DNA of 64,000 nucleotides from Terriglobia bacterium (lineage in GTDB: Bacteria; Acidobacteriota; Terriglobia; JAJPHL01; JAPKYU01), in NCBI GenBank assembly GCA_965206645.1, contig CBDBKE010000004.1, positions 1,280,001 to 1,344,000 on the forward strand. Reading direction: 5' to 3'. The notes under the pieces are model-generated. The model worked only from the letters and a program-made list of their open reading frames with translations, was not told the DNA's origin and did no database searches. Each line of letters opens with the position of its first letter. Position 1 is the stretch's first letter. Of this stretch, positions 46,317 through 56,350 are shown in pieces. Both the position numbers and the translations under genes were made by a program.

Positions 46317-47146
46317 GCGCGCTCTGTGCGGAAGAGCTGAAGAAGTCGTACGGCGGGCGTTGCGTTGTAGATGACGTTTCCTTCCAGGTCGATCCGGGGG
46401 AAGTAGTTGGGCTGCTGGGCCCAAACGGCGCCGGAAAGACAACAACGTTTCACATCATCGTCGGACTAGCCAGTCCCGACAGCGGGCGAGTTCTGCTGAG
46501 GGGGCAGGAGATCACCCGCTTCCCCATGTACCAGCGCGCCCGCCATGGCATCAGTTACCTGCCTCAGGAACCATCTATCTTCCGCAAGCTCACGGTTCAG
46601 GAAAACATTCTGGCCATTCTGGAAACGCTGCCGATTTCCTGGCACGAGCGGCGCGAGCAGATGGAGAGCCTGCTGGACCAGTTTGGCCTACAGACGGTGC
46701 GCAAGAATCGGGGCGATGCGCTCTCCGGTGGCGAGCGGCGACGGGTGGAGATTGCGCGGGCGCTGGTCATTTCGCCCAGTTTCATCCTGCTCGACGAGCC
46801 TTTTTCCGGCATCGACCCGCTGGCGGTGCTTGAGATCCAGCGGATCATTGGCAACTTGAAGCGATCCGGCATCGGCATCCTTGTCACCGACCACAATGTG
46901 CGGGAAACGCTCACGGTGACCGACCGTGCCTACATCATCAACAACGGGCGCATCTTCCGCAGTGGCACCCCTGAGGCACTGAGCAATGATCCGGAGGTGA
47001 AACGGGTCTATCTGGGGGAAGGCTTTTCCTTTGCGGGCCGTTCCGCTTCGTCGTCGGAGGCCGAGCAGGAAGCAGCCGCGCTGCCCGGCGATGGCAGCCA
47101 ACCCGCACCAGCGAACTCTGAAGCGACTCCAGCGCGCCGCATCTAA
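46313..47146 (+). CDS. lptB: LPS export ABC ATPase LptB
   Basis: [51 protein letters not shown]. Confidence 0.97.
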   Translation: MSALCAEELKKSYGGRCVVDDVSFQVDPGEVVGLLGPNGAGKTTTFHIIVGLASPDSGRVLLRGQEITRFPMYQRARHGISYLPQEPSIFRKLTVQENILAILETLPISWHERREQMESLLDQFGLQTVRKNRGDALSGGERRRVEIARALVISPSFILLDEPFSGIDPLAVLEIQRIIGNLKRSGIGILVTDHNVRETLTVTDRAYIINNGRIFRSGTPEALSNDPEVKRVYLGEGFSFAGRSASSSEAEQEAAALPGDGSQPAPANSEATPARRI

Positions 47147-47155
47147 GGGGCCCCC

Positions 47156-48625
47156 ATGTCGCTGTTCCAGCCCAGAATCAGCCTGAGAGTCACCCAGAAG
47201 CAGATTCTGACCCCTGGCCTGGTCCAGATGGTCAGCGTTCTGGCTTTGAACAAGCTGGAACTAAAAGACCTGATCACCCAGGAGATGGTGGAGAACCCCG
47301 TTCTGGAGGAACTGAGCGAAGCGGAACTGGGCGATTCGGAGCAGGAAAGTCCTTCTTCGGTGGAAGAGTTAGCGGCAGCCGAGGAACGCGGCCTGGAGCT
47401 GGGTGAGCGGGAGGTCCTGGAGACAAACGGCCACGACCCGTTCGACGAGATTGACTTCGGCTCCTTCTTCCGAGACTACCTCGACCCGGGCTACAAAAGC
47501 CCTGCCGCCGAAGTCATTGAGAAACCCTCCTTCGAGAACTTCCTGGCCGCGCCCACCACGCTGACTGACCACCTGAGGTGGCAGGTCAGCCTCTCGGCAG
47601 CTCCAGAGGCCATCGTGGCGGCCGCCGAGTCTGTTGTTGGGAACCTGAACGAAGACGGCTTCCTCACTGCCACCCTGGAGGAGATTGTCCAAAGCGGGGG
47701 ACACTCGTTGGATGAGGTGACGGAAGCTTTGCAGCTGGTGCAGGAGTGCGACCCGCCTGGCGTGGCGGCCCGCGACCTGCGCGAGTGCCTGCTGATCCAG
47801 TTGCGGGGCCTGCGCCTGGAAGGCCGTTTGGCATGGCAGATCGTCCACGACCACCTGTCGCTATTGCAGAACAAGCACTGGAAGGAACTGGCCCGCCTGC
47901 TGAACCGGCCGCTGCCAGAAATCGACGCGGCTGTGGCGGTGATCCGGAAGCTGGATCCGCGGCCCGGCCAGCGCTACAACAAGACCGCGCCGCGGTTAAT
48001 TGAACCCGACATCTTCTTTGTCAAGGTGGGCGACGAGTACCAGGTCCTGTTCAACGAGGATGGCCTGCCACAGTTGCGGATGAACTCTTCCTACCGCCGG
48101 CTGCTGGAGCGCGGCGCGTCCACCAAGGAGACGCGCGACTACGTCCGGGACCGCTACAACTCGGCCATCCAGTTGATCAAGAACATCGAGCAGCGCAAGC
48201 AGACCATCGCCCGTGTCTGCGACTGCATCATTCGCCAGCAGAAAGATTTTCTCAGCTACGGCCCCGATCACCTCAAGCCCCTGATGATTAAGGAGGTGGC
48301 CGAGGAAGTCGGCGTGCATCCCTCCACGGTCAGCCGGGCCGTGGCCAACAAGTACGCTCATACCCCGCAGGGAGTCTGCGAGCTGCGTTCCTTCTTCTCC
48401 GAGGCGGTCAGCGGGCCATCCGGCAGCGCCACTTCGTTGATGGTCTTGAAGCGAAGAGTCAAGAAATTGATCGAAGAGGAAAACTCCGCCCACCCGCTGA
48501 CGGACGAACAGATCACCAAGATCCTACAGTCAGAAGGAATCCTGGTGACACGGCGCACAGTTGCCAAGTACAGGGAGGACATGAGGATTCCCTCCACCCA
48601 CCAGCGTCGGGTGAAGCCTTCGTAG
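47156..48625 (+). CDS. rpoN: RNA polymerase sigma-54 factor
   Basis: NP.LE, P.GVAARDL.ECL, HPSTVSR, RpoN box RRTVAKYR. Confidence 0.97.
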   Translation: MSLFQPRISLRVTQKQILTPGLVQMVSVLALNKLELKDLITQEMVENPVLEELSEAELGDSEQESPSSVEELAAAEERGLELGEREVLETNGHDPFDEIDFGSFFRDYLDPGYKSPAAEVIEKPSFENFLAAPTTLTDHLRWQVSLSAAPEAIVAAAESVVGNLNEDGFLTATLEEIVQSGGHSLDEVTEALQLVQECDPPGVAARDLRECLLIQLRGLRLEGRLAWQIVHDHLSLLQNKHWKELARLLNRPLPEIDAAVAVIRKLDPRPGQRYNKTAPRLIEPDIFFVKVGDEYQVLFNEDGLPQLRMNSSYRRLLERGASTKETRDYVRDRYNSAIQLIKNIEQRKQTIARVCDCIIRQQKDFLSYGPDHLKPLMIKEVAEEVGVHPSTVSRAVANKYAHTPQGVCELRSFFSEAVSGPSGSATSLMVLKRRVKKLIEEENSAHPLTDEQITKILQSEGILVTRRTVAKYREDMRIPSTHQRRVKPS

Positions 48626-48715
48626 GGGCTATTCTGCTGGGGCCGCCTTGTGCTCCCTTGCCGAACGCCTTTTGCGGTCGATCGCGCTCCAGCAGGCAAG
48701 CGACAGGAGGAAGGC

Positions 48716-49084
48716 ATGAAAATCCACTTTACGGGCAGGCAAGTCGAAATCACTCCCGCGATCCGGTCTCGCGTGGAACAGAAGCTGCGGAAAATCCACA
48801 AAATCCTGGGATCCCACCTAGACCTGGAAGCTCACGTCATCCTGTCGCTGGAACACCACCGCTACACCAGTGAAGTGACCCTGAACTTGAAACACCACCC
48901 CCTCGTGGGACTCTCGTTGAAACACGACTTTCGGGCGTCATTGCAGGAGGCGCTGGAAAAGCTGGAGAAGCAGGCCGTCAAGTACAAGGGCCGCGGGAGG
49001 GAGCTCCAGCGGCGGCCTGTAGCCTCCCTGAAAAAAGCGCTTCGAACCAGCGGCGGCGGCCGCGTCCTGCCCTCCGAATTCTAG
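48716..49084 (+). CDS. hpf: Ribosome hibernation promoting factor (HPF/RaiA)
   Basis: MKIHFTGRQVEIT.AIR, KLEKQ; follows rpoN; AGGAGG RBS. Confidence 0.88.
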   Translation: MKIHFTGRQVEITPAIRSRVEQKLRKIHKILGSHLDLEAHVILSLEHHRYTSEVTLNLKHHPLVGLSLKHDFRASLQEALEKLEKQAVKYKGRGRELQRRPVASLKKALRTSGGGRVLPSEF

Positions 49085-49311
49085 GACTGAGGAAACGGTC
49101 GTAGGTCCCGCTAACTAACAGCCAAATCGGGGTGCCCGCTGCAGGAGAGGTGTCGGCCACTCGACACGTTTTCGGCTGCGGGTGGGGTGGCATCTACACT
49201 GAGTTGACAAGAGGGCGCTGCCTAGCTGGCGAACCGAGACCTTGCTGGCGGCGTCGAGCCTGAGTTAGTCTACGCGCGGACCAAAAGCAGGTGGTCCGGG
49301 AGGGAGAGCCG

Positions 49312-49674
49312 ATGGTAGCAAAGAAGGGCGTTAGCGCTTTGGACAGTGTGATTCAGCAGCTAAAGGAGCGCCTGCGCGGCGATCTAATCCAGCCCGCCGA
49401 CGGGGAGTACAACGAAGCCCGTAAAGTCTACAACGGGATGATTGACCGACGCCCGCGGCTGATCGCGCGCTGCAGAGACGTTGCGGATGTGATCGCTGCG
49501 GTCAACTTGGCCCGCGACAACCAGCTGCTTCTCGCGATCCGGGGCGGAGGCCACAACGGAGGAGGCCTGGGGGTCTGCAACGACGGACTGGTGGTGGACC
49601 TCTCGCGCATGAGGGACCTGCGGGTCGATCCGAAAGACCGCACCGCGCGAGTTGAGGGAGGCGCCACGCCGTGA
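49312..49674 (+). pseudogene. Truncated FAD-binding oxidoreductase (BBE/VAO-like N-terminus)
   Basis: YN.AR.VYN..IDRRP, RGGGHN, GLVVDLS.M, VEGGAT then stop; remainder absent. Confidence 0.82.
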
Positions 49675-49754
49675 AATCCGCGCCAACCCACAGCCTCTTT
49701 CCTTCCAGCTGCCGGACTGTGTAATATGGCCGCTGGAGAGTTCGGCACAGCGCC

Positions 49755-50771
49755 ATGGTCAAGTCTCGAGCAGTCCGTTCGGCTCGCCGACGCAGTGTAG
49801 CCCGCCGGTCGCGTCAAGGCCGCGCCTCGGCATCCGTCCGTCGTTCCATTCAGGCCGAAGAGCCGCCTCGGGCCAACCTGCGACGGGCTCCTCGCTCGAC
49901 CGAACCGGACGAACACCCGCTGCTGGATCTGGTCGTTATCACCGGGATGAGCGGTTCGGGCAAAGGATCGGTGCTCAAGGCTTTCGAGGACCTGGGCTAT
50001 TACTGTGTCGATAACCTGCCGGTGGCCCTGATTTCCACCTTTGCTCAGCTTTGCCAGACATCACAGGAAATCTTCCACGCGGCCCTAGTGGTGGACATCC
50101 GGGAGCGAGGAGCCTTGGGGCAGCTTCCCGCCATGTTCCGCAAGCTACGCTCGGAGGCACGCGCCAAGCTAGTATTCCTGGAAGCAAGTGACGAAGTGCT
50201 GATGCGTCGCTACAGCGAAACGCGCCGTCCTCACCCGCTCGCCAACGGGCATCCAGTCGCACAGGCGATCCGGGCCGAGCACAAGCGCCTGAGGAGAATC
50301 CAGTCGCTGGCTGACGTCACCGTGGACACCACCAAGTTCAATGTCCACGAACTACGCGATTTCATCTGTGACCGCTTCAAGGGGACCGAAGAGACCCGCT
50401 CGCTGCTGGTCTCCTGCACCAGCTTTGGCTACCGGCACGGGATTCCCTCCGACAGCGACCTGGTTTTTGACCTCCGTTTCCTTCCCAATCCCAACTATGT
50501 CCCCCAGTTCCGGCACCTTACCGGAAAGCACCCGGGGGTGGCCCGCTACATCAAGAGCTTCCCCCAGACCGAGGAGTTCATCCAGCGCATCTCGGAACTG
50601 CTCATCTACCTGATTCCCCATTACATCCGCGAGGGGAAAAGCTATCTGAGCATTGCCTTCGGGTGCACCGCCGGGCAGCACCGCTCGGTGACACTGGCAG
50701 AAACCATCCGTAAGCGCCTGTCTGAAGCCAGCTTCAACACCAAGGTGGTGCACAGAGATATCAACCGCTAA
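49755..50771 (+). CDS. rapZ: RNase adapter RapZ (YhbJ/YvcJ) with Arg-rich N-terminal extension
   Basis: ITGMSGSGK, EDLGYYCVDNLP, RRYSETRRPHP, SFG...G, D.RFLPNP, GCT.GQHRSV. Confidence 0.95.
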   Translation: MVKSRAVRSARRRSVARRSRQGRASASVRRSIQAEEPPRANLRRAPRSTEPDEHPLLDLVVITGMSGSGKGSVLKAFEDLGYYCVDNLPVALISTFAQLCQTSQEIFHAALVVDIRERGALGQLPAMFRKLRSEARAKLVFLEASDEVLMRRYSETRRPHPLANGHPVAQAIRAEHKRLRRIQSLADVTVDTTKFNVHELRDFICDRFKGTEETRSLLVSCTSFGYRHGIPSDSDLVFDLRFLPNPNYVPQFRHLTGKHPGVARYIKSFPQTEEFIQRISELLIYLIPHYIREGKSYLSIAFGCTAGQHRSVTLAETIRKRLSEASFNTKVVHRDINR

Positions 50772-51175
50772 CTCACCTTTTCCTTTACACCGGCCGCGAG
50801 GCGATGGTACTCTTGCTCGCTGTTTCGCCAAGGTAAGGTAAAGTTCGGCCTGTTGGGCTGCGCCCGTTGCAGCCATCCCTATACGGAAAGTAGAGTTAGC
50901 GCCTGAGTTGATGACGAAATTGCTCCGCGGCCAGGATGGGCTGCGCGCCTCCCACCGAGGTTGGCGCAGTTGTTCGCGCCACCTGAATCCCGAGCAGCCC
51001 CTGGAAATTCATTTCGAATGAACCGGGTCTGCTCGCACGGTCGACGGTTGTTCCACGACACCCGGAGTTCCTTCGGTGTCGGATTGGACCCGCGATGGGG
51101 CTGCCTCTCCCTGCCGGCTATTCTTCCTTCCGGCTCGCGAAAGGGCCCCGGTGGGCAGACTGAACACAACGAGAC

Positions 51176-52480
51176 ATGCGCATTGTTGATGTGATTCGCA
51201 AGAAGCGGGATGGAGCAGAACTCACCCGCGAGGAACTGGCTCTGCTGGTCGAAGGGTACGGCCGCAACGAAGTGTCCGACTATCAGGCCGCCGCCTTCCT
51301 CATGGCGGTCTATTTCCAGTCGCTTTCCGACAGCGAGCTAGCCGACTTGACCGATCTGTATGTCCGCTCGGGAGTGACGGTGGACCTTTCGGAGCTGCCT
51401 GGGGTCAAAGTGGACAAGCATTCCACCGGCGGCGTGGGAGACAAGACAAGCTTGGTGGTGGCACCCATCGTGGCCGCCGCCGGCTACCGCGTGCCGATGA
51501 TTTCCGGCCGCGGCCTGGCCCACACCGGGGGAACGGTGGACAAGCTGGAATCCATTCCCGGGTTGAACACCGCTCTGAGCATGGAACAATTCCAACAAGC
51601 ACTGCGCACCACCGGATGCGCCATCATTGCTCAGACGGCGGAGCTGGCTCCGGCAGACGGCAAACTCTACTCGCTGCGCGATGCCACGGGAACCGTGGAA
51701 AGCATCCCCCTAATCGCCGCCTCCATCATGAGCAAGAAACTGGTGGAGGGGATCGACGCGCTGCTGCTGGACGTGAAAACCGGGTCGGGCGCCTTCATGA
51801 AAAAGCAGACGGAGGCCCGGCGGCTGGCTCAGGCCATGGTAACGATTGGCCGCCGGATGGGCAAACGGATGCTGGCCCTGATTACGGATATGGACCAACC
51901 GCTGGGTAACGCGGTGGGCAACGCGCTGGAAGTGATGGAAGCCGTCAATACCCTGCAAGGCAAGGGACCTCCGGACCTGACAGAGTTGTCGCTGGAACTG
52001 GCGGCTCGCATGCTCGCCCTGGCCGATCCCAGCCGCAGCGGCGAGGAGGCCCGCGAGTTGGCCAACTCGCTGCTTGCCGACGGCTCGGCGCTGGCCAAGT
52101 TCCGGCAGATCATTGAGGCGCAGGGAGGAGATGCGGGCGTGATCGACGCCTTCGAGCGCCTCCCCACCGCCTCGGCTGGCCACTCCATCACCACGCCCCG
52201 GTCGGGCTACGTGACCCAGGTGAACGCCGAAGAGATCGGGATGGCAGCCGTGCTGCTGGGCGCCGGCCGCGAACGCCTGGATTCAGCGATTGATCATGCC
52301 GTCGGCATCGTGGTCGAGCGGAAGGTGGGCGAACAGGTCGAGGCCGGCGAATCCCTCTGCACCCTCTACTACAACGACGAGCGAGGCCTGGAAGAAGCCG
52401 TGCAGATGGTAGAAGACGCTTTCCACATCGCCTCAGTGGCCCCCGAGCCCCGGCCGCTTATCTATGAAGTAATTCAGTAG
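51176..52480 (+). CDS. pdp: Pyrimidine-nucleoside/thymidine phosphorylase
   Basis: KKRDG, DKHSTGGVGDK, SGRGL.HTGGT.DKLE, LRD.T, SIMSKK, DVKTG.GAF. Confidence 0.95.
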   Translation: MRIVDVIRKKRDGAELTREELALLVEGYGRNEVSDYQAAAFLMAVYFQSLSDSELADLTDLYVRSGVTVDLSELPGVKVDKHSTGGVGDKTSLVVAPIVAAAGYRVPMISGRGLAHTGGTVDKLESIPGLNTALSMEQFQQALRTTGCAIIAQTAELAPADGKLYSLRDATGTVESIPLIAASIMSKKLVEGIDALLLDVKTGSGAFMKKQTEARRLAQAMVTIGRRMGKRMLALITDMDQPLGNAVGNALEVMEAVNTLQGKGPPDLTELSLELAARMLALADPSRSGEEARELANSLLADGSALAKFRQIIEAQGGDAGVIDAFERLPTASAGHSITTPRSGYVTQVNAEEIGMAAVLLGAGRERLDSAIDHAVGIVVERKVGEQVEAGESLCTLYYNDERGLEEAVQMVEDAFHIASVAPEPRPLIYEVIQ

Positions 52481-52507
52481 CAGCCCCCCAGCGGGGCAGC
52501 TATCCCC

Positions 52508-53184
52508 ATGCTCCAACGCTTCACCGGGCTTCTGGGATTGCTGGCTATCCTGGAAATCGCCTACGCCCTGTCCAGCAACCGGAAGGCCATCCAGTGGCGG
52601 GTAGTGGTTTGGGAGGGGAGCCTGCAGTTTGCCTTTGCGCTGCTGGTCCTGCAGACCACCGTCGGGCGAACGACCTTTGGCTGGCTGGGCGAGCGAATCA
52701 AGAAGCTGCTCTCCTTCGGCCAATACAATTCTTCCTTCGTCTTCGGCGAGTTGGGAACCCCGGGGAACACGGTGGCCAGCTTCGCCTTTCAGGTGCTTCC
52801 CACCATCATCTTTGCCAGCAGCTTAGCCTGCAGTGGATTTTTGGGAACCTGGCCGCGCCGCTGGCCTGGCTCATGGGCGTGCCCTGGAAGGACTGTCCGC
52901 AGGTAGGAAGCCTTCTGAGGACTCGGGTAGTGCTCAACGAGCTGATTGCCTACTCGCAGTTGAGCGCGTTGAAGGAGAGCCTGGATCCGCGCTCGGTTGT
53001 CATCGCCACCTACGCGCTAGGCGGCTTCGCCAATTTTGGCTCCATCGGCGTCCAGATTGGCGGCATCGGCTCGCTCGCCCCCACACGCCGTCACGATCTG
53101 GCTCGCCTGGGGCTGCGAGCGGTGCTGGCTGGCTCACTGGCTAATTTCATGTCGGCCACCATCGCCGGAATGCTGCTGGCTTGA
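52508..53184 (+). pseudogene. nupC: NupC/CNT nucleoside transporter with large internal deletion and frameshift
   Basis: N-terminal part ends FQVLPTIIFASSL; another frame resumes WLMGVPW, NELIAY, GFANFGSIG.QIGG; central core missing. Confidence 0.85.
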
Positions 53185-53293
53185 GTGCTTCCTTGGACGA
53201 GTTGGCCCGGGTCTCGCAGGCGACAGCCCAACTGGCCGTCAGGAAAGCGAACCCGCAAGTCCATGACTTCATGATTTAGGCCCGACAACTCCC

Positions 53294-53671
53294 ATGGCCA
53301 CCGAACAGGAATTGACGGCGGCTGCCTGGGCCGCCCGAGAGAACGCCGTTGCCGATTTCTCCCGTTTCCGCGTTGGGGCAGCGCTCGAAACAACAGAGAG
53401 AAAAATCTTCAACGGCTGCAACATCGAGAACGCCACCTACGGCCTGACGGTGTGCGCCGAGCGGGTGGCCTTGTGGAAGGCGCTATCGGAGGGACATCGC
53501 TCCTTCCGCCGCCTGGTGGTAGCCGCCGATACGGACCATCCGACGCCGCCCTGCGGCGACATTCCCATTCTGCTAGTCAACCGCCGCGGGCAGCGCGAGA
53601 CGGTCCAACTGCGCGACCTGCTTCCCCGCCCCTTCGACCGCGCCTTTCGCAGCACACAGCCGGAAAGTTGA
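53294..53671 (+). pseudogene. cdd: Cytidine deaminase lacking the second Zn-binding Cys
   Basis: FRVGAAL, GCNIEN.TY, CAER; PCG is followed directly by DIPI instead of xCRQ. Confidence 0.78.
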
Positions 53672-53682
53672 ACAGCGACTTG

Positions 53683-55026
53683 ATGAGCGCCCCAAACCGA
53701 TCCGCGATCTGGAAAGCTCCACTGGCATCGTTTCTGGTCTACCTGTTGCCGATCGTTACGGTCCACATCTTGATTCCCTGGGGGATGCTCCTGGCGATGG
53801 AAATATCCCGGGGCCGGGGGGACAGCGAAGCTCTCTGGGTGGCAGCGGATGTGGCCCTAGCCTTGGGGTTGCAGGCAGCCGCGGGGCTGCTATGGTTCTG
53901 GTATTTTCGCGCGCCGAGCTGGAAGCGCCTAGGCGCAGTATTCGCGACGGTCCCGTTGTTCTTCGCCGCACTGCAATGGCTCTACCTGATCGTCATCCCG
54001 ACCTGGTTTCTGGTGGAAGCAGACACAAAAGCGGGAAAAACGCCGTGGGTGCAGCAGTGTAGCGTTCCCGGACATTATCTTGCAGCCATCAAGACGCCAC
54101 CCGATCTGGCTTTGGCCAACGCGTCGGAGGCCTGGGTTGCGGAGGCAAAAAGCTCACGGCTGGGGATTCTGCGGATGCCGGAGTGCGAGGTCTTGCCCGT
54201 CAACCTGAAGTGGAGCAATGTGAATCCTCGGCTTGCCTCGGTCGCTCCGGGAGGCCGCGCTGTCTATGTCACCTACGAACGGCCTACGAATGCCGAGAGC
54301 TGGTGGTATGTCGGGGGACCGAATCACGAGCCCTTGCAACTAAAGAAGCCGGAGCGTACGGATCGCCAGCACCCCATTCTTTCCTCAGATGGGCAATGGG
54401 TCGGATGGCTCCAGCGCATCAGAGGCGATCCCGGTAGGTCGCAGATGTAGACCATTTTGCAGAATCCGCTCAGCGGCAAGGAGCTGGCGGTTGGGCTCCC
54501 TCGATACCCCTCCGGACGCTTTCGTCTCCTGAGCGCAGATCTGGAGGCGCCTTCCTTGTTCCTGGAATACGACTACGGGCAATTCCTGCGCGTTGGACTG
54601 GATGGAAGCGTTCTTGAGGAGCCCTGGAAGCCCGCGGGAGTGAAAGCTTCGGGAGAAAGCCTTCTGCGCCTCGCCGATGGCTGGGTGGCGTGGGACAGCT
54701 ACAAAGACCGTGGCAGCTACATGGTTTCCTGGTCAGTGGGGAAGGGCGTTGGGCAACACCGGGTCCTGAAAGGACGCAGGATCAGGTCACTGGCCACAGA
54801 TCGGGACGGCCGTTACGTGGCGGTGAGCGTGACGACCAGGCTTAATATCGGGAATATTCAGGACGCAGTTTACGTTCTGCAGACCTCGGACGGTTCCGCG
54901 GTGTTTCGGAAGTACTTGCCGAGGTACTCCCGAAGCCAGGTGGCGTTTTTCGGCTCGGAGTTCTTCGCCTACTCCGAGCCCTATCCCCGCCCCGGAGCGG
55001 TCCGTGTGCTGCGCCTCCCGCAATAA
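53683..55026 (+). pseudogene. Membrane-anchored beta-propeller-like hypothetical protein split by in-frame TAG (54448-54450)
   Basis: N-terminal TM segments, TolB-like S.DG.W motifs; downstream ORF continues in the same frame. Confidence 0.6.
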
Positions 55027-55095
55027 GAGCCCCAGCTACCCCTGCCCCCCTCGGGGCATCGGGGAGGCAGCTTTCGCGGTGCTCGAGACAGCCTG

Positions 55096-55431
55096 CTAAT
55101 GTGCCAAGCGGCTGGGCGGGTCTTCGGTGAATTCGCGGGAATTGCGGGTCAGGCGGAGGTGCTCCAGCAGGTCCTCGGGCGAGCGGAAGACCACCTGGCG
55201 GTCGCGGCTGTGTTCACGCGCCCGTTCCTCCAGGCTGTTGACCAGCTTGTAGAACTTCTTCAGCGCAAAGATATCGCCGACGCCTTCCAGGCGCACTCCT
55301 TGTTGGGTAAAAATCACGTCCACCGGGTAGGTGCAGGAGACAGCACCGGCGCCCGACTCGGAACACTCCAGGAAAATTCGCACTCCCGCGTTGTGGCCCG
55401 CGTTGTGGCGAAGATAGCCGATAAATCCCAT
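55096..55431 (-). CDS. Hypothetical protein downstream of the sigma-like gene
   Basis: 111-aa ORF with AAGGA RBS, 17 nt after previous stop. Confidence 0.6.
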   Translation of the reverse strand: MGFIGYLRHNAGHNAGVRIFLECSESGAGAVSCTYPVDVIFTQQGVRLEGVGDIFALKKFYKLVNSLEERAREHSRDRQVVFRSPEDLLEHLRLTRNSREFTEDPPSRLAH

Positions 55432-55448
55432 CGCTGCCGCTGTTCCTT

Positions 55449-56255
55449 TCAGCCGAAAAGCCTGGCCATCAGGGATTTCTTCTTCTCCGCGGGCGGCAGG
55501 TTCAGCGCGCCCAGCACGGTCTCAATCTCTGCCTCTGACGCCGGGGGCGACTTCCGTGAAAAATACACGACTTCCTGGAAGGTGCAGAAGCGGTCCACGC
55601 AAAAGAAACAGGCGGCGAGATGTTGGTGAGTCAGTTCGCGTTCCCGCCAGCTGATCTGGCCGTCTACAATGCGGTGAAACGCGAGGTAGGGGTAGCAGTC
55701 CTGGCTCTCCCGGCTCGAAACAGCTTCCACCAACACCGGCCGGGAGGAACTCAGGGAATCCTGGCTCCAGGAGTCCATGGCCGCGCGCAACCCCTCCTGG
55801 GTAGTCTGAATGATTTTGGCGGCGGTCTCCTCTTTCATGTTCAGGATCGGGGCCACCCTGTCCAACGAATAGCCCAGCATGAACAGCCAGACCACCTGGC
55901 GTTGCAGTCCACTGGACTCTTTTAGCGCCGCTTCCAGTACCTCCAGAGTGACCGGCGGAGCCGTGGGAGCGGGAAGTCCAGCCAGAACCCGTCCCCGTTC
56001 GAGCATGTATCGGCGGAAGTGCACCATGAATTCCCGCTCCGCCCGCCCAGTGAAGGAGCCGAAGAAGTGGCCGTCATCATCGAGCATTCCGGCAAAGACG
56101 CCCGGCAGCAGGCGCTCCGCGTCACCGGAAAGCTGGGGAAAATATTGAGGCAGAAAATGGCGCGCCAGCGGCAGGTAGGTGGTCACAAACTCCCGCCAAG
56201 CCCGCGGATCGCGGCGCCGGCAACCTTGAATCATGTCGTGGAAGGTATAGACCAT
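55449..56255 (-). CDS. ECF sigma factor-like protein fused to a zf-HC2 (ZAS) domain
   Basis: N-terminus C...D..AW.EFV..Y (region 2-like); QRQVVWLF.LGYS...VA.ILN...ET (region 4-like); C...DG.....R.....HLAACFFC. Confidence 0.72.
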   Translation of the reverse strand: MVYTFHDMIQGCRRRDPRAWREFVTTYLPLARHFLPQYFPQLSGDAERLLPGVFAGMLDDDGHFFGSFTGRAEREFMVHFRRYMLERGRVLAGLPAPTAPPVTLEVLEAALKESSGLQRQVVWLFMLGYSLDRVAPILNMKEETAAKIIQTTQEGLRAAMDSWSQDSLSSSRPVLVEAVSSRESQDCYPYLAFHRIVDGQISWRERELTHQHLAACFFCVDRFCTFQEVVYFSRKSPPASEAEIETVLGALNLPPAEKKKSLMARLFG

Positions 56256-56285
56256 GCCCCAGGGTTCATTTTATCCGCAGCGACC

Positions 56286-56312
56286 GAAACTTTTCCACCG
56301 AATGCGGGTATA
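56286..56312 (+). promoter_or_regulatory. ECF-type promoter candidate (GAAAC-N16-GGTA) upstream of the Spy/CpxP-like gene
   Basis: GAAACTTTT at 56286, GGTATA at 56307, followed by GAGGAGG RBS. Confidence 0.4.
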
Positions 56313-56350
56313 TTCCTTACAGGAGCAAGGACAGGCTCAGAGGAGGTTGA

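Noticed and set aside
50895-50960. glmS ribozyme (AGCGCCTG...GACGA) downstream of rapZ
   Set aside because: No P1 stem and no GACGAGG/ATCG/CGGCGG core; downstream gene is pdp, not glmS
51110-51140. SRP RNA-like CCGGAAGGAAG on the minus strand
   Set aside because: Lacks the CAGG...AGCAG internal-loop motif and the long flanking helix
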